A DNA stretch of 64,000 nucleotides from Paramoeba atlantica (Eukaryota; Protista; Discosea), in assembly GCA_977017575.1 (NCBI GenBank), contig CDRNVI010000053.1, positions 620,001-684,000 on the forward strand. Direction: 5' to 3'. Of the stretch, positions 40,101 through 50,582 are shown piece by piece. Position numbers and translations under genes: made by a program. Position 1 is the first letter of the stretch; the number at the start of each line of letters is the position of its first letter. The notes below the pieces were generated by a model. That model was not told where the DNA came from. It saw only the letters and a program-made list of their open reading frames with translations, and made no database searches.

Positions 40101-42240
40101 TGTACGCCAAATAATTGCTCGAAGACTTTATTCAGTGAACTATGAACGCAAGGCAAGATCTCGTGAAAGTTTTTCTGTAATAGATACAGGTGTACCCTCA
40201 CATCCGCCACGTTTTTTCGTAGCGTGGATGGCGAGAATGTCAGAAGAGCACACATCATTCGTGCCAGCAGTATTTCAAGCATTCGTAGAGTTTTCCATTC
40301 TACATTCCAATTTAGTTATGTCTTTTCAGGGGGCTTTCCATCTTCTCTTTCGGAGAGTCTCACATTCTACGAATTCAGAGCCTTGGCTAATAAATCAGAC
40401 GGAGAGTGCTCCTTGCATGAATAACAGTAAATATGAACATGCCCATTTTATACTTTTATTGTGGAAATCATTAACTACGCAATGGAGGATGACACAATCT
40501 CTTATAGATGAGACACTAGGTTTCGACAATCTTTGCTGCCAAATGCTTTGTTCAATTACCTTGGTTTTGGAGTTGTTATTGCTACAACAAATCCACGATA
40601 CGCAATACTTTATCGAATTAACGAAGGTTGTCCATAAGTATTTTATTTCGCACGGCCCACGTATTCCTCGATGCGCTCTTCAACACTTGTTTTGCGTTCA
40701 ATGCCTTCTGATGCACTTGGAGCAAACAACAGTTGAACGTGCTTCAGTATCGGATGCCTACGACACATCTCTAACTAAGGCTCTGTGCAGTATTTTGCTA
40801 GAGAAATCTGAAACTTTGACTGCTAAAAAAGAAACGAATCTTGATGGGAGTACGATGGGTTTTAAATCATTCGATGTGACGCTTAAAATGTGTAATTTCT
40901 GCCTAAGAAATCAAACCCAAAGCTATCATTTACAGGATAGTACAATTCTTTTGTCGTGTCTTTGCCTATTATTCCTACGTCCTCGATTCCGTGACTGTAT
41001 CAAGATTTTCTTTTCGCTAGCCAATGTTCCGTTCAATTCGGAGGTTATCCACAGAAACTGTGACAGCTCTTCATGCATACTCCTCTTTGGTCGCATACAA
41101 TTGAGAGACGCTTCGATTTTGTACTCAGCTGGTGATCTGGTTCTTGCTCTCAGGCACCGTGGCATACTGTTTACTGACGAGCGTGTTGGCGTAACAATCA
41201 ACGATGTCATTGGTCTGTGTTTTCCCTCATTACAAGTTGCAAAGACTTTTCAATATCCGGACTTCGTCCGGGAAAAGTGGTTACAAGTGTTAACCGTCAG
41301 CATATTCGATGCCAATTTTGTGTCCCTGTGTAAAGATGAATATCTCACTCATCCGAAGCACTCCTGTCAGCTACCTCAACATATGTGGAGAAGTCTGTCT
41401 GGTTCTTTTATTGAAACACTAACGGCTTGTTTGTATCAATCCTACCCTCTCTGCATTTCTTACGTTTGTTTTATGCGCTCCTGGCTGCAAGCTTTTCATG
41501 GAGCCCTAATCGAACATGCTGCACTTTGCTTTATTTTTAAATTAATTCTAAGCGAGTGGGACAGCACTTTGTTGCGCAACTCTCCAACTGATTCTGATTT
41601 CGGTAAGATGTTGAAACATGATTCTGAGTTGTCGGACGTAGAATCATATTCTGTTACAGGATGTCAGATGTTTTTTATTTGGATCTGTCTTAAACATCGG
41701 CCGCGCTGGATGACACCACAGTTAAGGAAGAAAACTATATTCAGTGTTTCTCGGATCATTGATTGGCTTGCAAATTCATATACTCCAATACACTGCTCTA
41801 CCGATCCTGCAAATGGCCCTTGCAATCTCTGCGATATAATACACATTGTTTCGTATTTTATCGTCACGTCTTGTCAACTCTTACTTGAGTTGATATGTCA
41901 GAGTCATAACCTTGATGAACTTGACACAAAATGTCAAAAAGAAGTATGTGATAAAGCAATACACTCAGTAAGTGACCTCCTTGAAAAATTGAAGCATTCA
42001 AGCTATTTAAATGACGAAAACAAGACTGTCACAGTAAAACACAAGGATGAAACAACGAAGCACTTTATTTATTTGCAGCAATATAGCGTAGATCTTCTTG
42101 GGTACTATGATTTGTGTGAGATATGGCGTGATCTTGATCCTTGGATGTGGGCTAAATATCGGTCGAAAGACGCAATTCGTTTTTCTTCTCTTTTACTACA
42201 ACAACTTAACGTTTTATCTAGTGATCAGTACAATAATTGA
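37114..42240 (+). CDS. 1708-aa helical protein of unknown function (duplicate)
   Basis: Identical translation to 11230-16356. Confidence 0.85.
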   Translation: MDPGNLICEATRTYAACDAAETQPPPSQAYSGVEYTASRNCNLSLSSSVDEASQQGGRAYSGESHPKTYTIPVNKIKSFLLPTHDRKHSHVLTCGTISQEHSLFCLDCVQDIFSSSSAKHDKYRSYKNKNLEYDQSLHPTNTEGSIISLTYFDRILPRLDIIAQLRRLQSCFMVFQNEAEWLRSFCRTFFWSSPVEQFDDYYYSQLAAFLVTLVSENPCLTISDLLNPISNPIAGETKDTVRVLLTTSQLFLLRHMLQNTKEWLLEVKSHIFCTYSISGLWNCLPDCLLGQRLSSKYFSNLPEQSKSAPLVRVEFSNAISSKVNEDSCNRIVPEAFIILEFLHYLFVRETSPGAQTLSLDLRLALRNAGSNLCFILLQSPQNEKTVQCCIDLMHFFLEILTKTRENMELEMTPCHEQLKSRTSEPPENVNAGAPECLNESNLIMLESNGKWLLNLLQNYFVDLPKLVEMFCLTLLASKLEIRRGALILLYRTWSIAVDAFESQSRKNPENSCMVSSIKWYHDLKKTLCHGALGDYLLESLRLVPSLTKWGCNLDAQTYVSHTWCYTLNSIIAYHPEAFCSYYGMKTVVLKAANSMRDGLQHSFSANYVPVFRTLIDIFSLHRVIPDSATGVQFSLPQSTCPLEASVSHLLPEVVQLMKPLVEHGIISGHGSEFFISVFELLHAILYCVQKQDEAELFSQILTRFLESATYDFKSITEKNEMQAISLHKYEIITFLLHDCITHPCMYAFLEHCLLCKAFSIILNVFLNFGKFWSVCKEGFLSSILRLISWHIMPRARGQKLTCVWPSDDYYLKMDTFCSKIQNTPGVHSMILKSLLDLPGCAIPSPHCGICEDNACGKNFLQQLIVEILIFCKFILPCDADQYLCLLCSLPSKGGDIMLLLKAHSISPKTQYLILCLLYEIMCVDSSPFCRSQAILETNLPWGLEHKLLFRVLVQLMEDRHESLENGSFFLLSSCILIFRDLGSDESFHIPLIDVQLVRQIIARRLYSVNYERKARSRESFSVIDTGVPSHPPRFFVAWMARMSEEHTSFVPAVFQAFVEFSILHSNLVMSFQGAFHLLFRRVSHSTNSEPWLINQTESAPCMNNSKYEHAHFILLLWKSLTTQWRMTQSLIDETLGFDNLCCQMLCSITLVLELLLLQQIHDTQYFIELTKVVHKYFISHGPRIPRCALQHLFCVQCLLMHLEQTTVERASVSDAYDTSLTKALCSILLEKSETLTAKKETNLDGSTMGFKSFDVTLKMCNFCLRNQTQSYHLQDSTILLSCLCLLFLRPRFRDCIKIFFSLANVPFNSEVIHRNCDSSSCILLFGRIQLRDASILYSAGDLVLALRHRGILFTDERVGVTINDVIGLCFPSLQVAKTFQYPDFVREKWLQVLTVSIFDANFVSLCKDEYLTHPKHSCQLPQHMWRSLSGSFIETLTACLYQSYPLCISYVCFMRSWLQAFHGALIEHAALCFIFKLILSEWDSTLLRNSPTDSDFGKMLKHDSELSDVESYSVTGCQMFFIWICLKHRPRWMTPQLRKKTIFSVSRIIDWLANSYTPIHCSTDPANGPCNLCDIIHIVSYFIVTSCQLLLELICQSHNLDELDTKCQKEVCDKAIHSVSDLLEKLKHSSYLNDENKTVTVKHKDETTKHFIYLQQYSVDLLGYYDLCEIWRDLDPWMWAKYRSKDAIRFSSLLLQQLNVLSSDQYNN

Positions 42241-42288
42241 GAGTTATTTTCGAATGGGTTATTAATACCTTCATTATTGCAAACATAA

Positions 42289-42398
42289 TTCAATGAACCT
42301 TCGTCTTTAACAAGGTTTAACTTTGTTTGCGGTTTTCTTGCAGTTCAATGAAACTTCGTCTTTAACGAGGTTTAACTTCACTTTCGGTTTTCTTGCTG
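42289..42398 (+). repeat. 55-bp tandem repeat x2 (duplicate)
   Basis: Copy of 16405-16514. Confidence 0.9.
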
Positions 42399-42952
42399 TT
42401 CTTCTTTATTAAAATTAATTTTTCTTGTAAATAGAATGTACACTACATTTATTTTCTTTTTTACTTTGTGTTTTAGGTTTGTCTTAGCTATTGTAAGCTT
42501 TGCGTGAGTAATTTGAATTCTGTATGTAATTGGAAATACATAAATAATACAAAACTTATTTTTTATGTGTAGTATATTTCTTGTTTTTTATCCGCTATAT
42601 GACTTTTCAATTTATACTAAACCAACCATAAAACATTACAGCTATGGTTCGATGCGTTTATGGTTTTCATGTAAATCTGTCTTGTGAATCCTAGTAGTCT
42701 TTATATAGTGTAGCATCACTTTTCATTCAAGGAATCTGTGTCTTTCTGATTATTACTTTGATACAGCATTGGTGTTTCAGGTCAATAGTCGGCTCTTTAT
42801 TTATAGTAACGTCTTTATGTACATTCTTCTGCTAGGGTTTTACTAAAAGAACTAATTTTGGGTGACCCAATTTATTTGAGTTTTACTTTCGTGGACAATC
42901 CACACAGCAAAAGTTGTACAGATAAAAAACTCGATGATATCATAATGATAAA

Positions 42953-44116
42953 ATGCCTATAGACACTCATTATTACCAAGCGCTGGGTGTTACACATACC
43001 GCCACTGAAAATGAGATTCGTACTGCATACAAACGACTAGCACTTCTCTATCACCCGGACCGAAACCAAGACGATTCCGATGCTGGAGAAAAATTCAAGA
43101 AAATAGGGGAGGCCTATGAAATATTAAAAGATACACAAAAAAGAACACTTTACGACACGCACGGAAAACAGGGTCTCGATCAGTCAAACAACGAGAAGAC
43201 GTCTGCTGAAGATGTTTTTTCTGCGTTCTTTGGGGGAGGATTCTCTAAAGAGCCAAAGCCGCGTGACACTGTTATAGACTTAAATCTTTCGTTGGAACAG
43301 GCGTACAATGGGTGCACAACTCGCCTCCGTGTGCCTCTGGACCGAAAATGTCATTCATGTTCGAGTACAGGTCTCCGGCCTGGATCTCGACTCCGTACGT
43401 GTTGGCAGTGCGACGGCCTTGGCTTTACGTCCCATCTGCGCGACGGTTTCGAAGCTACTTTCATAGGAAATTTTCTTTCCCAACCCTCTCACCGAAAACG
43501 CGTTCGTCAGACTTGCGACGTCTGCGCGGGAGCAGGTAAAGTGTTTCCTCCCGATCATATCTGCCGTACATGTGACGGTTGTCGTGTGGTCCGTGAGACG
43601 AAAACGCAATCTATTGATGTTCCCGTTGGATGCCAAGATGGCGATTACATTCGTATCCGCGGCATGGGACATTCTCTTCCTGAAATGGCACAAGACGGAG
43701 ATGTACTAGTATTCTTTCGAATTTCTACGCATGCCGTATTTCGTCGTCTTGGGAACCATCTGGAGTACACACACCGTATTACGCTACGTCAAGCGCTGTG
43801 TGGGTTTGACCTTTCTTTAAGACATCTCGACGGCAAAATACGCCGTATTGCTATAGGTTCCGGAGAAGTAGTTGACATGAACGCTCCATGTTACGTGTAT
43901 CAGCAAGGGATGCCACTCCCTTCCTCCAACGAGAAGGGGCATCTCATAATTCATTTTCAAATTATATTTCCTCCTTTATTTAACGGAAAGTGTCGCGAGA
44001 CCATTGCGCAGGCTCTATCGTATGCTCCACCTTCTGATTATGAAACGTGCACCGCTAAAGTAATTAAACTTACCCCAACATCGAATATGCTTCAGACTGG
44101 AAGGAAACGAAAGTAA
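42953..44116 (+). CDS. Type I DnaJ/Hsp40 (duplicate)
   Basis: Identical translation to 17069-18232. Confidence 0.95.
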   Translation: MPIDTHYYQALGVTHTATENEIRTAYKRLALLYHPDRNQDDSDAGEKFKKIGEAYEILKDTQKRTLYDTHGKQGLDQSNNEKTSAEDVFSAFFGGGFSKEPKPRDTVIDLNLSLEQAYNGCTTRLRVPLDRKCHSCSSTGLRPGSRLRTCWQCDGLGFTSHLRDGFEATFIGNFLSQPSHRKRVRQTCDVCAGAGKVFPPDHICRTCDGCRVVRETKTQSIDVPVGCQDGDYIRIRGMGHSLPEMAQDGDVLVFFRISTHAVFRRLGNHLEYTHRITLRQALCGFDLSLRHLDGKIRRIAIGSGEVVDMNAPCYVYQQGMPLPSSNEKGHLIIHFQIIFPPLFNGKCRETIAQALSYAPPSDYETCTAKVIKLTPTSNMLQTGRKRK

Positions 44117-44157
44117 AGAAACTTGAGCCTTCTTTATATCTTCCCTCTTACGCGGTA

Positions 44158-44229
44158 GTCTGCTGATGAGCGCATCGAATGTGCCGAATGGGCTTCTGTA
44201 TAGTAAGGTTCAACGGACTTCTGACAGAC
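44158..44229 (+). ncRNA. Candidate box C/D snoRNA (duplicate)
   Basis: Copy of 18274-18345. Confidence 0.6.
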
Positions 44230-44494
44230 GCTATGATAAGATAATGCGAGATCCCGCCGATGGCCTTCTATCGTATGTAGGCAGACACAGTACAAAGTTA
44301 CTATCTCTAATATTTCTGTTAACGACATAACTATTGGTGACTACGTATTTATAACGTTATGTAAGTTTTTTATTTATAAGCATTGAATTACATATAAACA
44401 TTGAATTATAAGCATTGAATTACGCAAGAGCGTATATTCATACAAGATTCTTTATTCCTTTTTTCTTTATTCCTTTTTTCTTGCTTTCTTTATC

Positions 44495-46255
44495 ATGCAA
44501 CGATTGTTTGAAGTAGGTTTCGCAGGAGCTGAAAAACGACTCATCAAGATTTTGTACAAATCTCTTCCTCGACAAGTTAGCTTTCTTTCGAGTGCCTACA
44601 CATGGAAAGCGAACGGTGATGAAATTGCCCCTTATCCTGTACAATTCGCTTCGAAAGATGAGGAAGAAAGCGTAGTTTCTGCCATTAGTGCAATAGAACA
44701 AAATTGCGAAGTGAAAAGATGGGCCAACAGCTCTGGAACTGCTCGTGAGCCTCTTTCAAAGAAAGTACGAAGCTTTTTGTCAGAAATAGGCTTGTTTGGA
44801 GCGAATTTACCTTTTGAGAACGGCGGTCTTGGATTCTCAAACACGAGTCAAGTTTTTTTGTGGGATAGAATGGCACAATTATCTCCGTCACTCGCGCTAT
44901 CCCTTCGACACTTACAATCCCTGGGATCGAGCTCCGTAGTTCATTTTGGAACTAAGGAGCAGCGCGGTAAATACTATCAAAATTTTGTAAATGGGTCCTA
45001 CATCGCGACATTGGCATATTATGAAAATAACAACTTGGATCTGTACGGCAACTTGAATATGGTTGCGAAAGCGCAACCTGATGGCACCTATGCTTTGGAG
45101 GGACGGAAAACTGGAGTAAAACATGGCGACACAGCCACTCACTTCATAGTGTTTGCCAACACTGAAACACAAACGCTTCACGAGACGGAAGGTACCGCAA
45201 GCACTGCTCATCGATTAAGCATGTTTATAGTGGAGAAGAGCAATCATACTATTGTCACTCCAAGCTCTATTTACTCGGAATTGTTCGACGTTGAGTTTCG
45301 CTCCGTTCCGGCGAAGCTTTCTCACATGCTCGGAGCAGCCGGAGAAGGACGTGCCGCGATGCTTGTGCTCACGCATTGTGGGCACATTACGCAGGCGGCA
45401 TCAGTGCTTGGGGCTACACGTAGTGTCCTGAAGCGAACTGCAAACGTGGATCGCGACATCTGTTCACTATTTTATGCAGCTGAATCAGTGGTCTATTTAG
45501 TTGCCTCCAACATGGATCGGCAGGTGGAGGATCACATGATGGAGGATATGGCAATGAAGCTTTTTGTTAATAAAATGGCCCAACAAGTCGCATGTAATCT
45601 ATTAGAGTCGACGTCGATATCTACTGAAGCAAGCGGTATGTTCAAAGCTGACATTGAAGATCTCTTGCAATTATCGTGTACTGCCTCTCAAGATGAAGGT
45701 AATGACATATCTCTGGAGCAACTTCTGGCTTGTTTAGGTTGCGAAGAAGCTGCAGAACGTACCGCACACGTATCTACTTTGATTCTTATGCAAGAACGTG
45801 CGCTTCGGAGCATTGGTTTGCGTGAGAATCTCCGGCCCGCACTGGGTGTGTCAGCGCTGGAACACCACATCAATGAAGTGGAGAAAGATATTATTGCACT
45901 TTCAGATCGTGCTGAAAATTTGGTACTTCGCTATGGTACCAAATTACCAAAGCACACTCAACAGTTGAAATCACTGGCAGTTGTGACATGTGGCCTTTAT
46001 GCGCGTGTTGCAGCTCTCGCTCGGGCAGCTCATGCTTATAGAAAAAAGGTCCCTACTGCAGGAGGAGAAATCAATCTAGCGTGCATGTGGTGTGCACATG
46101 ATCATGCATCCGCAGTCTTCTCTTTAAAAGAGATTGAATCATCTGGTTTACTGATTGCATCTACCAGTGATCGTATTTATCACGAGCTTTTGCTAAGACA
46201 GAAAAATGTGGCTGGAAGTCAAGTCCAAAGTCAACACGGTGCAGACAAGGCTTGA
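44495..46255 (+). CDS. Divergent acyl-CoA dehydrogenase family protein (duplicate)
   Basis: Identical translation to 18611-20371. Confidence 0.8.
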   Translation: MQRLFEVGFAGAEKRLIKILYKSLPRQVSFLSSAYTWKANGDEIAPYPVQFASKDEEESVVSAISAIEQNCEVKRWANSSGTAREPLSKKVRSFLSEIGLFGANLPFENGGLGFSNTSQVFLWDRMAQLSPSLALSLRHLQSLGSSSVVHFGTKEQRGKYYQNFVNGSYIATLAYYENNNLDLYGNLNMVAKAQPDGTYALEGRKTGVKHGDTATHFIVFANTETQTLHETEGTASTAHRLSMFIVEKSNHTIVTPSSIYSELFDVEFRSVPAKLSHMLGAAGEGRAAMLVLTHCGHITQAASVLGATRSVLKRTANVDRDICSLFYAAESVVYLVASNMDRQVEDHMMEDMAMKLFVNKMAQQVACNLLESTSISTEASGMFKADIEDLLQLSCTASQDEGNDISLEQLLACLGCEEAAERTAHVSTLILMQERALRSIGLRENLRPALGVSALEHHINEVEKDIIALSDRAENLVLRYGTKLPKHTQQLKSLAVVTCGLYARVAALARAAHAYRKKVPTAGGEINLACMWCAHDHASAVFSLKEIESSGLLIASTSDRIYHELLLRQKNVAGSQVQSQHGADKA

Positions 46256-46443
46256 TATTAAGCTTGATGTATGTAGGAGGCATCTTTTTTGTGCGTAAAA
46301 ATTGTTAAACTTATTGGTTCACCGGCACTATAAATGTAGGTTGAAAACAAGTAAAATTTGTTTGAACAATCATGCCCAAAAGGACTCAGGCAAAAGTTTT
46401 TGATCTTTCGTTGATCTCTTTTCTTATTTATTTTTTTGGCTTA

Positions 46444-46654
46444 CTTACCAGACCACACGTTTTTTCGATCAGATGTGCCCCCTACCTCTAATGGTAAGAC
46501 CCCAAAAAACGTCCGAAATATGGGGAGAATACGAAATATGGGGAGAATCGGGTATTTGTACCAAAAGTTGGATTATTCTGGATCGTTTCGCAATTTTTTC
46601 CTTTTTAGTCTCTTCATTAAACGCGGAAGCAGTTCTCAACGCGAAACGGGTAGC
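46444..46654 (+). repeat. Degenerate fold-back-arm repeat (duplicate)
   Basis: Copy of 20560-20770. Confidence 0.8.
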
Positions 46655-47020
46655 CGTGGTGGCTTCCAAGAGGGTTCAAACTGGATGGGAGTGTCTGGGA
46701 GCGCCTGGGAGCGCACCTTATCCTTTTTACAGGTCACCAATACGAAGTAGACCAATGTAGTATATCCTGGGCGGTCCATTGAGTATTCCAAGCATTGAAA
46801 TATAAGTTGGAACGTCATGAGTATGAGTGGAAACGTTTTAAAAAGTCACGTAAAAGTTTTTTCGAGCGGAAAAAAATCATCAGAAAAAAATGGATTTTAA
46901 CCTACATTTATAGTGCCGATTACCCAACTTATTTTATGTGACTTACTCTATTGATTATTCAGCACGCACTTCGCGTTACATATTCGTCCACTGTATGTAA
47001 TGTCATAGGCACATGAATTA

Positions 47021-47547
47021 CACCCCCGCCAAAAAGTATTGTTCACAAAAATGGCCGACACAAAAAGTATTGTATTTATTAGTATCAACCACTTTTTTGA
47101 CTTTTGACCAGAAACGCAGGAACCTGAGGCGCGTAGGAAAGCCATTGAAAGATCAGAAACTCGCCGTAAAGAATCATTTGGAATGTCGCGGAAAGCTAAG
47201 GCAAGATTTGAGCAGGCTCGGAATATGGTTCCTCTCGCGCACTATTTTAGCGTTGAGTAGTTAAAATAATTAAATCACAGTGCCAGTGCTACAAGAAGTG
47301 CCAGTGCTACACTTTTTCCTCGCAAAACCAGTTATTTAGATCTCGTGATAGTTACTAGTATTTTAGTTCTTATGATTCGACCTGTTTTTTTGCTTCACAG
47401 TACTTTACACAGATCCGATATGATAAGTGCAACTTTTTGGAGGTCAGTAGCAGCTCGTGGAAATCAACAAAAAGTATTCTATTTATTAGTATCGACCAAA
47501 ACTTCGTGGTCGATACTAATAAATTACAGTACTTTTTGGCGGGGGGG
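47021..47547. mobile_element. Tc1/mariner-type MITE (duplicate)
   Basis: Copy of 21137-21663, with TA flanks at 47019-20 and 47548-49. Confidence 0.8.
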
Positions 47548-47672
47548 TATGTTAGTTGTACCATTCTGCCATTGAAATCTTGGAAAATTTAGTATGTTGG
47601 CAAAACATTGCGGACTTCATTTACCGGGTAAAACTAAAATGATCTGATTTCATATTCCATTTTTCGACTACT

Positions 47673-48173
47673 ATGTTCTTTCAAAGTAAGCAACGTTTAG
47701 CTCGTAACTTTGGACGAGATTGGAGCAAAAGGCGGCTCTATTGGACACTTCGAAACAAACTCGAAATTGAAAAATCCTTCAGAGATTCGTGGATTCGATG
47801 GACCTCTCGTGCCGTACAGCGCTGCGATGAGCCTTTGTGCCACAACATGAGTCAAGCGGAGACCTTGGCTTTTCAGAAGAAAATGACATGCTACATGTAC
47901 AATTTAGAAGGGGTGAGTCACCTCGATTATCTTACTATGCCATGGAGAGACTATGGTCACGGTATATCAGGGGTTCCAGGAACAGGAGACTGGGTAAGTA
48001 TGATAAATCTTAATCACTTTACATGGTATCAAATGGTACGCAAGGGCTTCGTATTGGTATATCGTTGTCATGTAAGAGGCCTGGGGTCCGACCCATACTT
48101 ACTTAAAGGGGGCTACGAGTACCGATGGAAAAAGTGTATAGATCGAGACGTCGGTCATTACACAAGGGCGTAG
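47673..48173 (+). CDS. Hypothetical 166-aa protein (duplicate)
   Basis: Identical translation to 21789-22289. Confidence 0.75.
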   Translation: MFFQSKQRLARNFGRDWSKRRLYWTLRNKLEIEKSFRDSWIRWTSRAVQRCDEPLCHNMSQAETLAFQKKMTCYMYNLEGVSHLDYLTMPWRDYGHGISGVPGTGDWVSMINLNHFTWYQMVRKGFVLVYRCHVRGLGSDPYLLKGGYEYRWKKCIDRDVGHYTRA

Positions 48174-48363
48174 CAAAATAGAAACATATCATAAATTTAT
48201 TATAATTTATAATAAATTTAAAAAAAAAATAGTATTTTTCACTGTGGCACACATATTTTTAGTTTTCAAAAAACGCTTTCTGACACGTAATATCATGTAC
48301 ATCGCGTAATATCATAGCACAATAGTTAGAATAGTCTATTATTGATCTGCGTATCTCTCGTTA

Positions 48364-50337
48364 ATGTTTCTGTCATCTCGTTGTCTCCCGAGCTTGATTT
48401 CATCGTTGCCACTTCACGTAATATATGAAATGGAATCGTGTAGTCAGATCATTCCGGAAATAATAAAACTTCCGAAAAGTACAGACACGAACCATTCGAG
48501 TTCTAGATTGCAGTTATCAGATTCTCTCCCAGACTTTACATCCATTCCTCATCTTTTTCGTTGGCTTCGTGAGCAATTTCTCAAAAAAGATTTTGAAGCC
48601 CCATGGCAAGCTGTCATGCAGAGTATATTCCGCCAGATAAGAAGATATGGTTGTGGAAATAGCTTGAAACACGTCAAGACTCTTCAAGATGGCAGACACA
48701 TGTTGCGAACCGCAAATGAATTACAGAAAACCACTTTTTTGGGTCCTGCTGAGGTATTGACATACTCTTTGTCACAACTGCACCGTCTGAATATGCCGAA
48801 ATATGTGTTGTCGAACTTTGCCGAGCATATTCAACATTTTTTTTGGGAACATCCAACGTACCGAACGTACCTTCCTCTCTTGCGAGAGATACTAAAATTT
48901 GAATTTTCTCAACAAGATAATCACGTGCTTTGGGGAGATATAATCGATGACGTATGCAAAACCGTTTCTAGCTCCGCAGAGTCTACATGTCTAACTTTTT
49001 CCGAGGTACTTGAATATGCACAAGTTCTTGCTCGAATGGACATCAGGAATGATCTTCTTTGCTCTATCACCCAAAGGTTTGAAAATCTCTTGCCAAGGAA
49101 CTCAATTTCTAACTCAAACATAAGACTATGCAAGGCTGATTTTGGCTGCTCAAATTATTTGTCGTCTTTGGGAGCAATAACATCCGACCAAGTATGCGTT
49201 TCCACTGCAGAATTTATGATATTACTTCGAATTATTGACAATACTCCCGTCACTACTGAAAAACTCCCTATTTCTCCAGGAAATTTGCGTGTGTTGCAAA
49301 GTTGTCGCCTTCGACTAACGTCCTATATCTACACATTTCTTCGCACAAGATTTCGAACAGAAACTTGGGCGTTACACAATATGATGGAATTAGTGGTTTT
49401 AATGGCCAAGGTTCGGAGCCGCGCTTATTTTTCCCCACATGAAACACTGTTGTATTCTGTTATGCAGCGCATACGGCAAAAAATATGCAACCCGGTACAC
49501 ACCTCACAATTTTCGGATGAACAGGTAAGTTATATTACTCCTGAAGTTTGGGCTCAAACTTATAGTGCAGCACAAGAATTTCATCAGGTTGATATAGCGG
49601 ATCATATTATTTCTTGTCGAATTTCGGAACACACATCTCGACTAGTGAATAACCGTGTGCTTGAAACGGTTCTTCGGTCACATCTACAGGCATTGTATGA
49701 GTACAATCATAGCCCTAGTCGTACTTTACGTCTGCCTTCCACTTTCATAAATGACATACGTAAGACGTTGCAACACTGGGTGGATTATGATCAACTGTGC
49801 GAATTAGCTTTCGACAGTTCAGAAAGTGATGTAAGGTGCAATGAAAAGTGGGCGGTGACATCGTTGGTTCTACCCCTACTATTACAAAGCGGGAATCTTA
49901 ATCGAACCTTATACAGCGATATTACGAGGCGGTTGCACTCTTTGTTAACATATGTAAGTTGTCATTCCGGTTGTGAAAAAGGCTCTTCAAATTCCGATAA
50001 ATTTGCTTCCAAGACAATAGAAGAAAATATACTTACGAATTCTAGGCTTCTCTTATCGAACGAGGAGCTTGCTTTTTTTCTGCACACAATTTTGCACTTT
50101 AATGAAGGAACAACTCCTGTTTTTTTGCATCAAAAACGAGAAGTTGTTTTGTCTTATCCTCAGCGTATGCTAGTGTCTCTTGTGTGCGATAAGCTCATAG
50201 AAAATAAATCTGAACGGCTTTCCAGCATGGCGAAAAGTGTATTGGTTAAATGCACAGAATCTTCTTGTCTCATTAACAAAAGATTGGAAGCCTTGTTTAT
50301 GAAACCCATTCGTCGCGCACTGAGAGTTAGTACATAA
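48364..50337 (+). CDS. Hypothetical 657-aa protein (duplicate)
   Basis: Identical translation to 22480-24453. Confidence 0.8.
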   Translation: MFLSSRCLPSLISSLPLHVIYEMESCSQIIPEIIKLPKSTDTNHSSSRLQLSDSLPDFTSIPHLFRWLREQFLKKDFEAPWQAVMQSIFRQIRRYGCGNSLKHVKTLQDGRHMLRTANELQKTTFLGPAEVLTYSLSQLHRLNMPKYVLSNFAEHIQHFFWEHPTYRTYLPLLREILKFEFSQQDNHVLWGDIIDDVCKTVSSSAESTCLTFSEVLEYAQVLARMDIRNDLLCSITQRFENLLPRNSISNSNIRLCKADFGCSNYLSSLGAITSDQVCVSTAEFMILLRIIDNTPVTTEKLPISPGNLRVLQSCRLRLTSYIYTFLRTRFRTETWALHNMMELVVLMAKVRSRAYFSPHETLLYSVMQRIRQKICNPVHTSQFSDEQVSYITPEVWAQTYSAAQEFHQVDIADHIISCRISEHTSRLVNNRVLETVLRSHLQALYEYNHSPSRTLRLPSTFINDIRKTLQHWVDYDQLCELAFDSSESDVRCNEKWAVTSLVLPLLLQSGNLNRTLYSDITRRLHSLLTYVSCHSGCEKGSSNSDKFASKTIEENILTNSRLLLSNEELAFFLHTILHFNEGTTPVFLHQKREVVLSYPQRMLVSLVCDKLIENKSERLSSMAKSVLVKCTESSCLINKRLEALFMKPIRRALRVST

Positions 50338-50582
50338 AAGTTATTTATGTGTACTTATGGGAGGGAGAGTATTTATTTTTTATGCAAGGTCGGTTTAAGC
50401 CCGTTAAGTTGTAATTTCAATTTATTTTGTATTGGAAGAGGGACAAAGTGAGTACCTACAGGTGCTTAGAAGCATTCTGGTCTCACATTATACTATCGAT
50501 ATTGCGCATTTTTGATGCAAATGTGCATCTTATTGATGTATTTATATTGAGCATATTATTATTTTTTTGTGGAGTGAGTAAA